Origin: an uncultured Clostridia bacterium
GTDB lineage: Bacteria > Acidobacteriota > Aminicenantia > UBA2199
Direction: 5' to 3'
NCBI GenBank assembly: GCA_964400545.1
Contig: CAYNUG010000001.1
Location: 2,394 to 66,393 of the forward strand
DNA: 64,000 nt
Shown: positions 10,551 to 19,874 of the stretch, piece by piece
How the letters are laid out: every line of letters starts with the position of its first letter
Position numbering within the stretch: position 1 is the first letter of the stretch
Program-made: the position numbers and the translations under genes
Notes under the pieces: model-generated
The model's input: the letters and a program-made list of their open reading frames with translations, nothing else
What the model was told of the DNA's origin: nothing
Database searches by the model: none

Positions 10551-11442
10551 TTCTTTCAATTCATTTCTTAAAAAAAAATTCCCCGGGGAAAAGATCAGGA
10601 AGATACCGATAAATGCCGGATTCTCCTGCCCGAATAAAAATGGAGAGATTTCTGAAGAAGGATGTATCTTCTGCGATAAATACGGGTCAGGACCTATCGA
10701 AACTTTTTCACAACCGATCCGAAAACAGATCGAGATATTCACTTCTGTCAACAAAGGGAAAAAATTCATTGCATATTATCAGGCTCATTCGAACACATAT
10801 GCACCTCAGGATGAATTGGAAAAGAAATATAAAATTATTTTTGAATATAGTGATATTGTTGGATTATTCATAGGTACCAGACCTGATTCCATAGCCGGGA
10901 ATGTATATCCGCTACTCGAAGAGATAGGGGAGAAAACATATCTGTCAGTTGAGCTGGGTCTTCAATCTATTCATGAAAAAAGTCTGAATTTATTGAACAG
11001 AAATCATTCCTATAATATTTTTCTGGAAACATTCGAGAAATTAAGATCATCGGGTATTGATGTAATTGTTCATCTGATCGTAGGCATTCCCGGTGAGAGC
11101 ATGAGCGATATGCAGAAAACAATAAGTGAAATGAACAGAATAAAACCTGCCGGCATAAAATTTCACCTCCTTCATGTTCTGAAAGATACTGAACTTTTCA
11201 ACATGTATGAGAGGGGTGAAGTAAAACTGATGGAAAAAGAAAAATATGTGGACACCATAGTACAGCTTCTTGCCGGATTGGATAAAAACATTGTAATTCA
11301 CAGGCTGACAGGAGAACGGGATCTCCGGATATTCCATGCACCGGAATGGGCTCTTGACAAACCAGGTGTGATCTCATCCATTCACAAAAGGATGGAGGAT
11401 CTCGACCTTCAACAGGGACAATTGATCAGTAAGTTTCGATAA
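10534..11442 (+). CDS. radical SAM protein, TIGR01212/YhcC-like family
   Basis: 302 aa with the Cys cluster FSCPNKNGEISEEGCIFCD and a downstream TIM-barrel-like region (GTRPD, VELGLQS). Overlaps the receiver gene by 17 nt. Confidence 0.75.
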   Translation: MQIRYNSFNSFLKKKFPGEKIRKIPINAGFSCPNKNGEISEEGCIFCDKYGSGPIETFSQPIRKQIEIFTSVNKGKKFIAYYQAHSNTYAPQDELEKKYKIIFEYSDIVGLFIGTRPDSIAGNVYPLLEEIGEKTYLSVELGLQSIHEKSLNLLNRNHSYNIFLETFEKLRSSGIDVIVHLIVGIPGESMSDMQKTISEMNRIKPAGIKFHLLHVLKDTELFNMYERGEVKLMEKEKYVDTIVQLLAGLDKNIVIHRLTGERDLRIFHAPEWALDKPGVISSIHKRMEDLDLQQGQLISKFR

Positions 11443-11475
11443 GAACATATTTCTTCTCAAGATAGTTTTCGGATT

Positions 11476-11503
11476 TTGTCAAACCGAGTAAATGTCGTAT
11501 AAT
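11476..11503 (+). promoter_or_regulatory. sigma-70-like promoter candidate
   Basis: TTGTCA (11476-11481), 16-nt spacer, TATAAT (11498-11503); GGAGG RBS before the ATG at 11546. Confidence 0.4.
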
Positions 11504-11545
11504 TATTGCTTGTTTAAGGATTTTTTGCCAATGGAGGAACAATAA

Positions 11546-12226
11546 ATGGCTGAGAAAAAGAAAAAAGAAATTGTCCCTATTATTCTTAAGAACGGGATAA
11601 TAGTTGCAGGACACCCAAGAAGCGGAACCTCTCTGGCGTGTCAACTTGTAGAGAGTGCAGGGATCTCATTTCCCTCCGACCTCGGGGCCGATCTATATAA
11701 TAAAGAAGGATATTTTGAAATGGCGGATGCAAAGGAACTTGAAAAATCACTTATTGATGAAGCCATGACAGATAACAACACTGTTGAACTTAATAAGATC
11801 GTCAAAACACTAAATTCAACCTCAGGTCTTACAGGACTTAAAATAGTTCATATCCCTGCGATCTTTTTCTATAACCATATCGCGAAAAATATGAGGGTGG
11901 TCTTTATTTACAGAAATCCTTCAGATGTAAAATCAAGCATGTTCAGAAGAGGTATTTCCCAGTTCAAACTAAGCTGGTTCGAGAACAACAACGCACTTAT
12001 TGCAGCCTATGAAAATATTCCTAAAAGCATAATTATCAGTTACGAATCCATAATCGAAGGGAAAGCAAGCGTAAAGAACGGTTTTAAAAAACTTGGCCTC
12101 AATGTGAACATGGATGTAATGAAAAAAGGGCATAGGACACAGGAGAACAGCGGGATAATCCTCACTGAAGATGAACTCAAATTATATAAATATTTAAAAA
12201 AACTTGAGAAGAAAAGTTGCAGTTGA
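11546..12226 (+). CDS. sulfotransferase-family protein
   Basis: 226 aa with GHPRSGTSL (5'-PSB-like loop) and IYRNPSDVKSS (3'-PB-like RxPxD motif). Confidence 0.55.
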   Translation: MAEKKKKEIVPIILKNGIIVAGHPRSGTSLACQLVESAGISFPSDLGADLYNKEGYFEMADAKELEKSLIDEAMTDNNTVELNKIVKTLNSTSGLTGLKIVHIPAIFFYNHIAKNMRVVFIYRNPSDVKSSMFRRGISQFKLSWFENNNALIAAYENIPKSIIISYESIIEGKASVKNGFKKLGLNVNMDVMKKGHRTQENSGIILTEDELKLYKYLKKLEKKSCS

Positions 12227-12236
12227 GGAGTACAGA

Positions 12237-12494
12237 ATGGCAGAGAATGATAAAATAACGATCCTTGATGATGAAGCAAAAGACCTTTTCTCTAATCTGA
12301 TCTCATTCAATATTAATCCGGAAGAAATGTGTATGGGGTTGGGAATAAGAGATGTGAAAGATCCGAATATTGTCAAAGTCCACTCCTATCTCCATATGAC
12401 CATTCCACACTTTTTGCGCTATGCCGAATCTGTAAATAAGCAGGTTGAACTATTAATAGAGAAAGGTGTTATATCTAGAGAACCGGAACAATAG
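12237..12494 (+). CDS. hypothetical protein (85 aa)
   Basis: ATG at 12237 preceded by GAGGAG (12224-12229). No recognisable motif. Confidence 0.4.
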   Translation: MAENDKITILDDEAKDLFSNLISFNINPEEMCMGLGIRDVKDPNIVKVHSYLHMTIPHFLRYAESVNKQVELLIEKGVISREPEQ

Positions 12495-12498
12495 AAGT

Positions 12499-13350
12499 CT
12501 AAACAATCCAACTGTTATCGTGAATAATTAATACAGAAGAATATTTGTTCTTCAATTTCCCGGAAGAATAATCAAGTTCAGATCCGAGAGTTGAGTGCGG
12601 GATAAGATACACAAATATCATCATTACTGTTGCTGTGAATACCCACCATTTGCTCTTCTTCCTCAGGAAAAATGCCAACAACCAGAATATAAATGCAAAA
12701 AGCGTTTTATTATCGGTTAGATCTGTCCCATAAGGGATCCCCGTCCAGAAATCACCAAAAGCATACTTCTGAACTATCGGCCCAAGTATCATCCCGCCAA
12801 TAAAAACTATGCCCAATGTCCATTTAACAAGATTCAGGAATCGGCCCTCTTTTCTGAGAGCCTCAAGGCCGGTTCTGATAGCAAACAAAAATCCGAAAAT
12901 CATAAAAATTATATGCGTTAGAAGGAATGCTGTAGGGACGCTATCCTTAAATCTCGCAACGATGGTTCTCCCTTTGTTAAGAACAAGCTTTTCATTACCA
13001 TGACCAATTCTGATGGTATATTCGACTTTTCCGGCACTTGGTTGCCCCGGCAATTCCGCAATAAGCTTTCCTTCTTTTCTTACCATTTCTATTTCTGTCC
13101 AATCATCACCACTCTTATACCTTCTGTATTTAATAAAACCGAATACATTTTTTTCTGCAGTTTTCACTTCAATTGGAAGAAGTTCAAAAGAAGTGTGACT
13201 CCTCGGCAACCTGTAACTTATCTCTACACCATTTATCGATTCGTGTCCTTTGATCGGATAAGTAGGACCTGTCATCCTCTGATAAAAAATCACTATTACT
13301 GTCAAAAAAAACGCTAGTACCCATAATGAAATTGAAACCTTTTTATTCAT
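12499..13350 (-). CDS. hypothetical membrane protein (N-terminal extracytoplasmic domain plus about 5 TM helices)
   Basis: 283 aa. ATG at 13350 has GGAGG 6 nt upstream; the track start 13356 is a TTG. Signal anchor SISLWVLAFFLTVIVIF, a beta-rich domain of about 130 aa, then several TM helices. Confidence 0.5.
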   Translation of the reverse strand: MNKKVSISLWVLAFFLTVIVIFYQRMTGPTYPIKGHESINGVEISYRLPRSHTSFELLPIEVKTAEKNVFGFIKYRRYKSGDDWTEIEMVRKEGKLIAELPGQPSAGKVEYTIRIGHGNEKLVLNKGRTIVARFKDSVPTAFLLTHIIFMIFGFLFAIRTGLEALRKEGRFLNLVKWTLGIVFIGGMILGPIVQKYAFGDFWTGIPYGTDLTDNKTLFAFIFWLLAFFLRKKSKWWVFTATVMMIFVYLIPHSTLGSELDYSSGKLKNKYSSVLIIHDNSWIV

Positions 13351-13456
13351 TCTCAACTCCTTCCCGTTTGTCTGATTATAGATTTAACAATAATACCTTG
13401 TCAAGTGAAGCAGAAAGAATAAAATGGCTCAGATAGTATTTTTTTCACAAAGTTTA

Positions 13457-13484
13457 TTGACATAAAATTTTTATCAATTAAAAT
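13457..13484 (+). promoter_or_regulatory. sigma-70-like promoter candidate
   Basis: TTGACA (13457-13462), 16-nt spacer, TAAAAT (13479-13484); ATG at 13497. Confidence 0.4.
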
Positions 13485-13496
13485 ACATATAAAGAG

Positions 13497-13883
13497 ATGG
13501 GAAATTTTGGAAATTACCTCAGGGAGAAGAGAATCGAAAAAGGGATAACAATCGAATATATATCTCTTCATTCTCCTTTGAACGAGAACATAATCAAAGC
13601 GATTGAAAATGAAAAATATGATTTCTTTAACAGTTCTTTTTATTTCTCAAACTTTCTTAACAGTTATCTCGATTTTCTTAAAATAGACAGAGACCTGTTC
13701 TACTCAGAATTTTCTAATGAAATTAATTCTCTTAAACAGAATGAAAACAACAGCATTACCAAATCAATAACAGGATTAAGATATTCTGAATTTCGTAACA
13801 GAAAAATGGTCATTAAGGGGATTATATCCGGTATTATAGTAGCTATCCTATTCTATTTACTGTTTATTAATAAAGTGATCTGA
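13497..13883 (+). CDS. membrane-anchored helix-turn-helix protein (RodZ-like)
   Basis: 128 aa with an N-terminal XRE-type HTH (LREKRIEKGITIEYIS) and a C-terminal TM helix GIISGIIVAILFYLLFI. Confidence 0.5.
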   Translation: MGNFGNYLREKRIEKGITIEYISLHSPLNENIIKAIENEKYDFFNSSFYFSNFLNSYLDFLKIDRDLFYSEFSNEINSLKQNENNSITKSITGLRYSEFRNRKMVIKGIISGIIVAILFYLLFINKVI

Positions 13884-14938
13884 TGGAACCTTTAATCTCA
13901 AAAGACCCCATAGTTGAAAAGATAGTAAACGGAAACCCGGGCAAAGAAATTCTTGAACTCCTACTAAATAAAAACCTCCCTCTCAAAGATGAAGAATACA
14001 TGGAAACACTTGTTTTTGTGATTCCTGACAAAGAATTCGGAGATAGAGCAGGCATAAATTTTATGAACATTCCCTCCTCGGTCAAACTCGGATACATAAA
14101 GAAAAAGGAAGCTAATCACAATGTAGCAAGATTTATACTCACAAACGCTCTTCATACTGATGACAGCAATATAATGATCGCTGCTGTCAACAACCAGGCG
14201 CTCCCTGTTGATATACTTATGATGATAGCTGAACAAAGTTCTTTTCAAATACTTACCGCCCTGCTTGAGAACCAAATAAAGATGATCGCCTATCCGGAAA
14301 TAATGGAAGCGATCGAAAAGAACAATTCCGCAGATTCATTCATAAAAGGAAAGATCAGGGAAATAAGAGAATACTATCTTGAGGCCGAGGACACACCTCC
14401 CATTCCGGAGAAAGAAATTCTTGAAGACCTTCATGACATCACGGACTCTGAAGAAATAAAAGAGATCCTTTCAGAAATTGAGAATAAAGACTGGCTTGAA
14501 AGTATTACTATCGAAGAAAAAACTCTGACAACACTGCAGAAGATCAACAAAATGAAAATGCCTGAGAAAGTTAAACTGGCACTGGAAGGGACGAAAACAG
14601 AAAGAATGATCCTGTTGCGTGATCCCAGTAAATTTGTTGTTAAATCCGTATTGAACAGTCCAAAGATATCTGAAGATGAAATAATCATTTTTCTTAAGAT
14701 CAAAAGTATTGACAAAGAATTTATAGAAAAAATTGCAAAGAGCAAAGAATGGACAAAAAAATATCCGATAGTTCAAGGGCTGGTTCACAATCCGAAAACT
14801 CCTGTGACAGAAGCCATGCGTCTTACACGTAATCTTCATCAACGGGATCTGACTATCCTTTCAAGAGACAGAAATGCCAATCCCGTTGTTATGAAGTTTG
14901 CAAAAAACCTGCTCTCACAGAGGCAGGGAATCAAATAA
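13883..14938 (+). CDS. hypothetical acidic alpha-helical repeat protein
   Basis: 351 aa. Segments such as VHNPKTPVTEAMRL and LNSPKISEDEII resemble LRV/HEAT-like helical repeats. 1-nt stop/start overlap with the HTH gene. Confidence 0.4.
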   Translation: MEPLISKDPIVEKIVNGNPGKEILELLLNKNLPLKDEEYMETLVFVIPDKEFGDRAGINFMNIPSSVKLGYIKKKEANHNVARFILTNALHTDDSNIMIAAVNNQALPVDILMMIAEQSSFQILTALLENQIKMIAYPEIMEAIEKNNSADSFIKGKIREIREYYLEAEDTPPIPEKEILEDLHDITDSEEIKEILSEIENKDWLESITIEEKTLTTLQKINKMKMPEKVKLALEGTKTERMILLRDPSKFVVKSVLNSPKISEDEIIIFLKIKSIDKEFIEKIAKSKEWTKKYPIVQGLVHNPKTPVTEAMRLTRNLHQRDLTILSRDRNANPVVMKFAKNLLSQRQGIK

Positions 14939-14940
14939 AA

Positions 14941-16401
14941 TTATTTTAGTTCTTTCAGTAGTTCTGAGATGAAATCACGAATCATCCCGACAGTACCTAT
15001 ATGAACCTTTTCATCGGGACTGTGGGGATACTTCAATGTCGGTCCAATAGAGATCATGTCCATTCCTGGATTTTTATCTCCGATAATTCCACATTCCAGT
15101 CCTGCATGAATAACCTCAACAACCGGTTTTTTGTTGTACATCTTTTCGTAAAGTTTAACACTTCTTGCAAGCAGGGGGGAATCCATATTAGGCTCCCACG
15201 GAGGATAGCCATCACTGCTTTTCCCTTCTCCTCCGGCCAGTCTTGCAATAGCCTCAATACTGTTAGTTAAAGCATCAAGCCTTGAAACAAGTGAACTTCT
15301 CTGGCTTGTAAGTACCATGACCTTTCCGTTTTCTAACTTAATGTTTGCAAGGTTATTTGATGTTTCTACAAGATCATCTATATCTGCAGACATGGCAGAA
15401 ACACCGTGAGGAATTGCAAGAACAAAATCACATATTCTTTTTATTCCTGAAGAATTTACGCTTTCTGAAACTGAAGAGCCATTTTCAGCGATCAACTTTA
15501 TTTCAAGATCAGGATCAGTTAGAGAATGTTCGAATTTTATAGTTTGCTCACTATCGCTCACAATTTCTTTGACCTTTTCAACATCTCCATCCCCTACAAA
15601 AACAACAGCTTCCGCATCCCGAGGAATTGCATTATGAGCACTTCCCCCTGTTATATCGGAAAGATAAATATCATACCCATTATTAACAACGGAATTTATG
15701 GTTCTTGCAAGAACTTTTATCGCATTAGCTTTTCCGAGAGCAATATCAATTCCCGAATGACCACCTTTCATTCCACCGGCTTTTAATTTAAATGAGCTGA
15801 ATCCCGAAGGAACATTCTCGAGTTCGACCGGGAGTGTCAGATTAGTATTAATTCCTCCGGCACATCCTACTGTAAAAACGCCCTCATCTTCAGAATCTAC
15901 ATTTATTAGAAGCTTTCCTTCAATAAATCCCGGTTCCAACGAATTGGCACCTGTCAATCCGGTTTCTTCATCAACGGTAAAAAGTAGTTCAAGCGGGGGA
16001 TGCACAATATCCTTATCTAAAGCTGCAGCCATTGCCATTGCAACTGCGATCCCATTATCAGCACCGAGAGTCGTCTTATCAGCAGTAAGCCATTCACCGT
16101 CATAAACAAGTTTGATCGGATCCTTTGTGAAATCATGATCCGAATCAGGTGTTTTTTCACAAACCATATCCATATGTCCCTGGATAACAACAGGAGAAGA
16201 TTCTTCATACCCTGCTGAGGCCGGCACCTTTATAACAATGTTCTGTACACTATCAAGTTTATACTCAAAACCTTTTTCCTTTGACCATTCTTCCAGATAC
16301 TTGACGATCTTATCTTCATGTTTTGAACATCTGGGTATTTTACTTATCTCTTCAAACCATTTTAAAATTTCTTCTGTTTTTTCATGGGTAACATTTTCCA
16401 T
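14941..16401 (-). CDS. pepD: aminoacyl-histidine dipeptidase (M20 family, PepD)
   Basis: 486 aa from ATG 16401 (GGAGA RBS), with ILKWFEEISKIPRCSKHEDKI, IQGHMDMVCEK, TVDEETGLTG and VIHAGLECG. The track start 16455 adds 18 aa. Confidence 0.85.
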   Translation of the reverse strand: MENVTHEKTEEILKWFEEISKIPRCSKHEDKIVKYLEEWSKEKGFEYKLDSVQNIVIKVPASAGYEESSPVVIQGHMDMVCEKTPDSDHDFTKDPIKLVYDGEWLTADKTTLGADNGIAVAMAMAAALDKDIVHPPLELLFTVDEETGLTGANSLEPGFIEGKLLINVDSEDEGVFTVGCAGGINTNLTLPVELENVPSGFSSFKLKAGGMKGGHSGIDIALGKANAIKVLARTINSVVNNGYDIYLSDITGGSAHNAIPRDAEAVVFVGDGDVEKVKEIVSDSEQTIKFEHSLTDPDLEIKLIAENGSSVSESVNSSGIKRICDFVLAIPHGVSAMSADIDDLVETSNNLANIKLENGKVMVLTSQRSSLVSRLDALTNSIEAIARLAGGEGKSSDGYPPWEPNMDSPLLARSVKLYEKMYNKKPVVEVIHAGLECGIIGDKNPGMDMISIGPTLKYPHSPDEKVHIGTVGMIRDFISELLKELK

Positions 16402-16522
16402 TGATTTCTCCTTATACTGAAAGGTAAATATATGGAAAAACATACCAATTGTCAAGATTATTTTGATAATTCTTTGCTATAGCAAATTGCAAAATATTTA
16501 CAGGAATGCTAAACTATCCCAG

Positions 16523-17467
16523 ATGATTCTGGAAGACATACAAACCCCTGTTAAAAAAATGCTGAATTCTACCACAGAGATACTCGCTTCAGCAATGGAA
16601 AGCAATATCAATCTGATAGATCAGATCAAATCCATTATTCCAGTATCAAAAGGCAAAAAAATAAGGTCAACACTTTTATTTCTCCTTAGCGGTGCAAACA
16701 ATAACTTTTCCAGTGATCTGCCTGTCATCGCATCTTCTATTGAATTATTTCACCTGTCAAGCCTGATCCATGATGATATACTGGATAACGCAGAGCAGAG
16801 ACGGGGAGAAAAAACACTTAACAGCGCAATGGGAAATCTAATATCTGTACTCGGTGGAGATTTTCTGTTCGTTCATTCCCTCGATCTTATGAACGGTATC
16901 AATGATCGCAGATTTATTGATATTCTTCTAAGTTCCACAAGAGAAATGGTAGAAGGTCAATTGCAGGAAATTGAGAATAATTTCAATTATGATGTTACCC
17001 TTAAAACCTATCTTGAAATAATTTCGAAAAAAACATCTTCCCTCTTCGGCGCGATATCAAGGATGTCCGCCGTTATAAATAAAGAACAAATTGATACAGA
17101 GAACGAGTTTCTTGAATTCGGAATAAATTTCGGGAACATCTTTCAGATCAGTGACGATCTGATTGATATTTTTTCGACAAACTCAGGAAAAGACAGATTC
17201 CGGGATCTGCAGGAGGGAAAGATCACACTCCCATTTATTCTTCTTCAGGATATTTCAGAGGAAAAGAATGTTAAAGAAAAATTTTCCTTCGAACATACAG
17301 GGAAACTTCTGGAATTATTCTATAAATATGATATTAAGGAAAAATCACTCAATAAGATAGATGAATACTACATCAAATGTTTTAAATTTCTCGAGAGATT
17401 TCCAGAATCTGTATACAAGGAATCCTTAGTAAAAATGCTCGATTTTATCAGGTTCAGGGAATATTGA
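16523..17467 (+). CDS. trans-polyprenyl diphosphate synthase
   Basis: First DDxxD in LIHDDILDN and second in FQISDDLID. I prefer ATG 16523 (MILEDIQTPV). Confidence 0.85.
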   Translation: MILEDIQTPVKKMLNSTTEILASAMESNINLIDQIKSIIPVSKGKKIRSTLLFLLSGANNNFSSDLPVIASSIELFHLSSLIHDDILDNAEQRRGEKTLNSAMGNLISVLGGDFLFVHSLDLMNGINDRRFIDILLSSTREMVEGQLQEIENNFNYDVTLKTYLEIISKKTSSLFGAISRMSAVINKEQIDTENEFLEFGINFGNIFQISDDLIDIFSTNSGKDRFRDLQEGKITLPFILLQDISEEKNVKEKFSFEHTGKLLELFYKYDIKEKSLNKIDEYYIKCFKFLERFPESVYKESLVKMLDFIRFREY

Positions 17468-18321
17468 CGAATTTTTTCATTCTCGCAGGAGGACTCGGAA
17501 CAAGAGCTGAACCCCTTTCCAGTATCCTTCCCAAACCGTTATTTCCTCTCGGTGGTAAACCTCTGCTCAAGCTTCTTGCAGAACAGTTGAAATCCAATAG
17601 ATTTAGAAGAGGGTTCATTAACGTACATCATAAAGCATCCATGATCACAGATTTCCCATTGCCCGGACTTGACACGACCTATCTGAAAGAAGAAACCCTG
17701 TCAGGGAACAGGATCCTTTCCACGATCGGGAATTATACGAACGAAGATCTTCTGGTAATTAACGGAGATACATATATAGATATTCCATGTTTGCAACTTC
17801 AAAAAGAACTGGATCAAAGCGGATCTGATGGTGTTATCCTCGTCAGAAAAAAGGACGGTGTCTATTCATCTATAATTACTCATGACAGATTTTTTAAAAA
17901 AAGAGACAAAGACCCCGAAATCACTGATATTATGTATGCAGGTGTATCCATTTTTAAAAACAGTTTTCTTAAAAAGCTCCGGAGTGAAAATCTTTTTGAT
18001 TCGCTGGAAAAATCGGGTGGATCGATCAGAATCATTGAATACAATAAAATATGGCTGGATCTTGGCACTCCTGAAAACTATTTTCACTCAAATGCGATCT
18101 TCAGAGAAAAAGAACGCATACATTCCTCAAATTCTTTATCTGACGATATTTTCATATCGGACAATGCAGAAGTTATTAATTCGATCATATGGAACAACAC
18201 AAAAATAAGCGGTCATACTACTATCAGAGATTCCATTGTTACGGGAAACCAGGAGATCCGGGAGAAAAATTTTCTTAAAAAGATAGTTACAGAAAAAGGA
18301 ATTTTCAACCTCTCGGTCTGA
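17464..18321 (+). CDS. sugar-phosphate nucleotidyltransferase (NTP_transferase family)
   Basis: 285 aa from a TTG start, with ILAGGLGTRAEPLSSILPKPLFPLGGKPLL (G-x-G-t-R-l...K-P). Overlaps the upstream gene by 4 nt. Confidence 0.7.
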   Translation: MTNFFILAGGLGTRAEPLSSILPKPLFPLGGKPLLKLLAEQLKSNRFRRGFINVHHKASMITDFPLPGLDTTYLKEETLSGNRILSTIGNYTNEDLLVINGDTYIDIPCLQLQKELDQSGSDGVILVRKKDGVYSSIITHDRFFKKRDKDPEITDIMYAGVSIFKNSFLKKLRSENLFDSLEKSGGSIRIIEYNKIWLDLGTPENYFHSNAIFREKERIHSSNSLSDDIFISDNAEVINSIIWNNTKISGHTTIRDSIVTGNQEIREKNFLKKIVTEKGIFNLSV

Positions 18322-18331
18322 TATCGCTTGC

Positions 18332-19594
18332 CTACCAGCTAACAGACTTGCGGCTTACCGGCATCGTCATGCACCGACATCCGCCACCACCCCTTGACAA
18401 TTCACCGCCATGTATAGTGATAACATATTTTTCGTGATCTTTAATATCAACTTTACCCGAAATAATATCGGCAGCCTTAATTACTTCAAAACCTTTCTGG
18501 TTCATCTCTTCAATAGTATAATTGTTTCTGCCATATCCTATGACTTTCCCCTCTCCAAGAGCAAAAAAGTTTGCCCCGCTATGCCATTGTTCCCTCTCCT
18601 GGACCCAACTATCCTTTCGGCCACCGCAATAGACCGGTTCAAGATCAAGCCCTAAATCACTCAGCACTTCGAGAATATTCTTCTCTTCTCTGATGGAGAC
18701 CACCTTGCCATTATCCAGACTTATCCTAACAGTCTGATACTTGTTCGCACTTAGAACAGCCGGTTCATAGATCATACATTTATCTTTATCAAGCATTGTA
18801 AAGATCATATCAAGGTGAATAAACGATTCCGGACTCATTGGGAGCTCCTGCACGATTATATCCATTTTTCTTTTACGTTCATTCATTTTATCGATGATAT
18901 AGTCAACTCCTTCAGTCGAAGTTCTGGCTCCGATTCCCACGACCAATATATCATTTCTTACGACCAGGATATCGCCTCCTTCTATAGAAAGATTTTCACT
19001 CACTTTCAGGTCTTCAAGAGGACTCATCGTTTTTGTATTAAACATTTGATGGAAATCAAATATCGTCTCCATAATCAAAGATTCCCTTCCCCTGACCTTA
19101 TTCTTCATCCGGCCGATCAGCACCGATTCTCCAATGGAAATTGACGCATCTCTGACATAAAAAAAGTTATGGAGAGGTTTAAGAGAATATTTTTCTCTGC
19201 TTAAAAATTTTGTAAGTGAATCAGATACTTTTTCAGTACCTTCAATAAGAGCTTCAGACAAACGATCCGTATTCATTCCCAACAGTTCATCACGGATGTC
19301 ATAAACATCCTCATTCTCACATACTTTTTCCACAAGGGTCTCTTTGACCTTCTCATTTAACAATACATCTTTAAGGAGATCCCTTATCTGATAAGTTACG
19401 GTAATCTTATTTAGAACATCTCTCATTTGTGAATACTCTTTTGATACTACGGAGAGATTCAATATATCACTATAAAGTGCTCTCTCCACATTTTCGGGGG
19501 TCATATTCTCGACCTCTCTGCCGGGAGTATGCAGGATCACACTTTCCAATTCACCAATCTCAGAGTTTATTTCAACTTTACATTCTTTTTGCAT
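18332..19594 (-). CDS. arcA: arginine deiminase
   Basis: 420 aa with FYVRDASI, HLDMIFTM, and the C-terminal catalytic Cys region GGGGCRCMTMPVSR. Confidence 0.85.
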   Translation of the reverse strand: MQKECKVEINSEIGELESVILHTPGREVENMTPENVERALYSDILNLSVVSKEYSQMRDVLNKITVTYQIRDLLKDVLLNEKVKETLVEKVCENEDVYDIRDELLGMNTDRLSEALIEGTEKVSDSLTKFLSREKYSLKPLHNFFYVRDASISIGESVLIGRMKNKVRGRESLIMETIFDFHQMFNTKTMSPLEDLKVSENLSIEGGDILVVRNDILVVGIGARTSTEGVDYIIDKMNERKRKMDIIVQELPMSPESFIHLDMIFTMLDKDKCMIYEPAVLSANKYQTVRISLDNGKVVSIREEKNILEVLSDLGLDLEPVYCGGRKDSWVQEREQWHSGANFFALGEGKVIGYGRNNYTIEEMNQKGFEVIKAADIISGKVDIKDHEKYVITIHGGELSRGGGGCRCMTMPVSRKSVSW

Positions 19595-19828
19595 TAATTA
19601 GTCCTCCAGAAAATTCATTATATACTCTATACATCATTCAGTACAACAAGATCACATCCTCCAAAAAATATAGGGACGGTTCCCATTTACGAATAAAATT
19701 TAAAGCAAATCTGTCAAATCTGCAAAGAACCCGGAAATCTTATCCTGAAGATCTATTGACCTATAATTGAAATCAATCTCTGTATTTACTAAGGAACTAC
19801 ACGTTTTATTTTTCTACCCATAATTATC

Positions 19829-19853
19829 CAGGGCACCCGGGAAGGGTACCCTG
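19829..19853 (-). terminator. hairpin downstream of the NO reductase gene
   Basis: CAGGGCACCC (19829-19838), loop GGGAA, GGGTACCCTG (19844-19853); 10-bp stem with one mismatch. There is no clear U-tract, so the call is weak. Confidence 0.3.
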
Positions 19854-19874
19854 AACGATTCTATATAGAAATAT

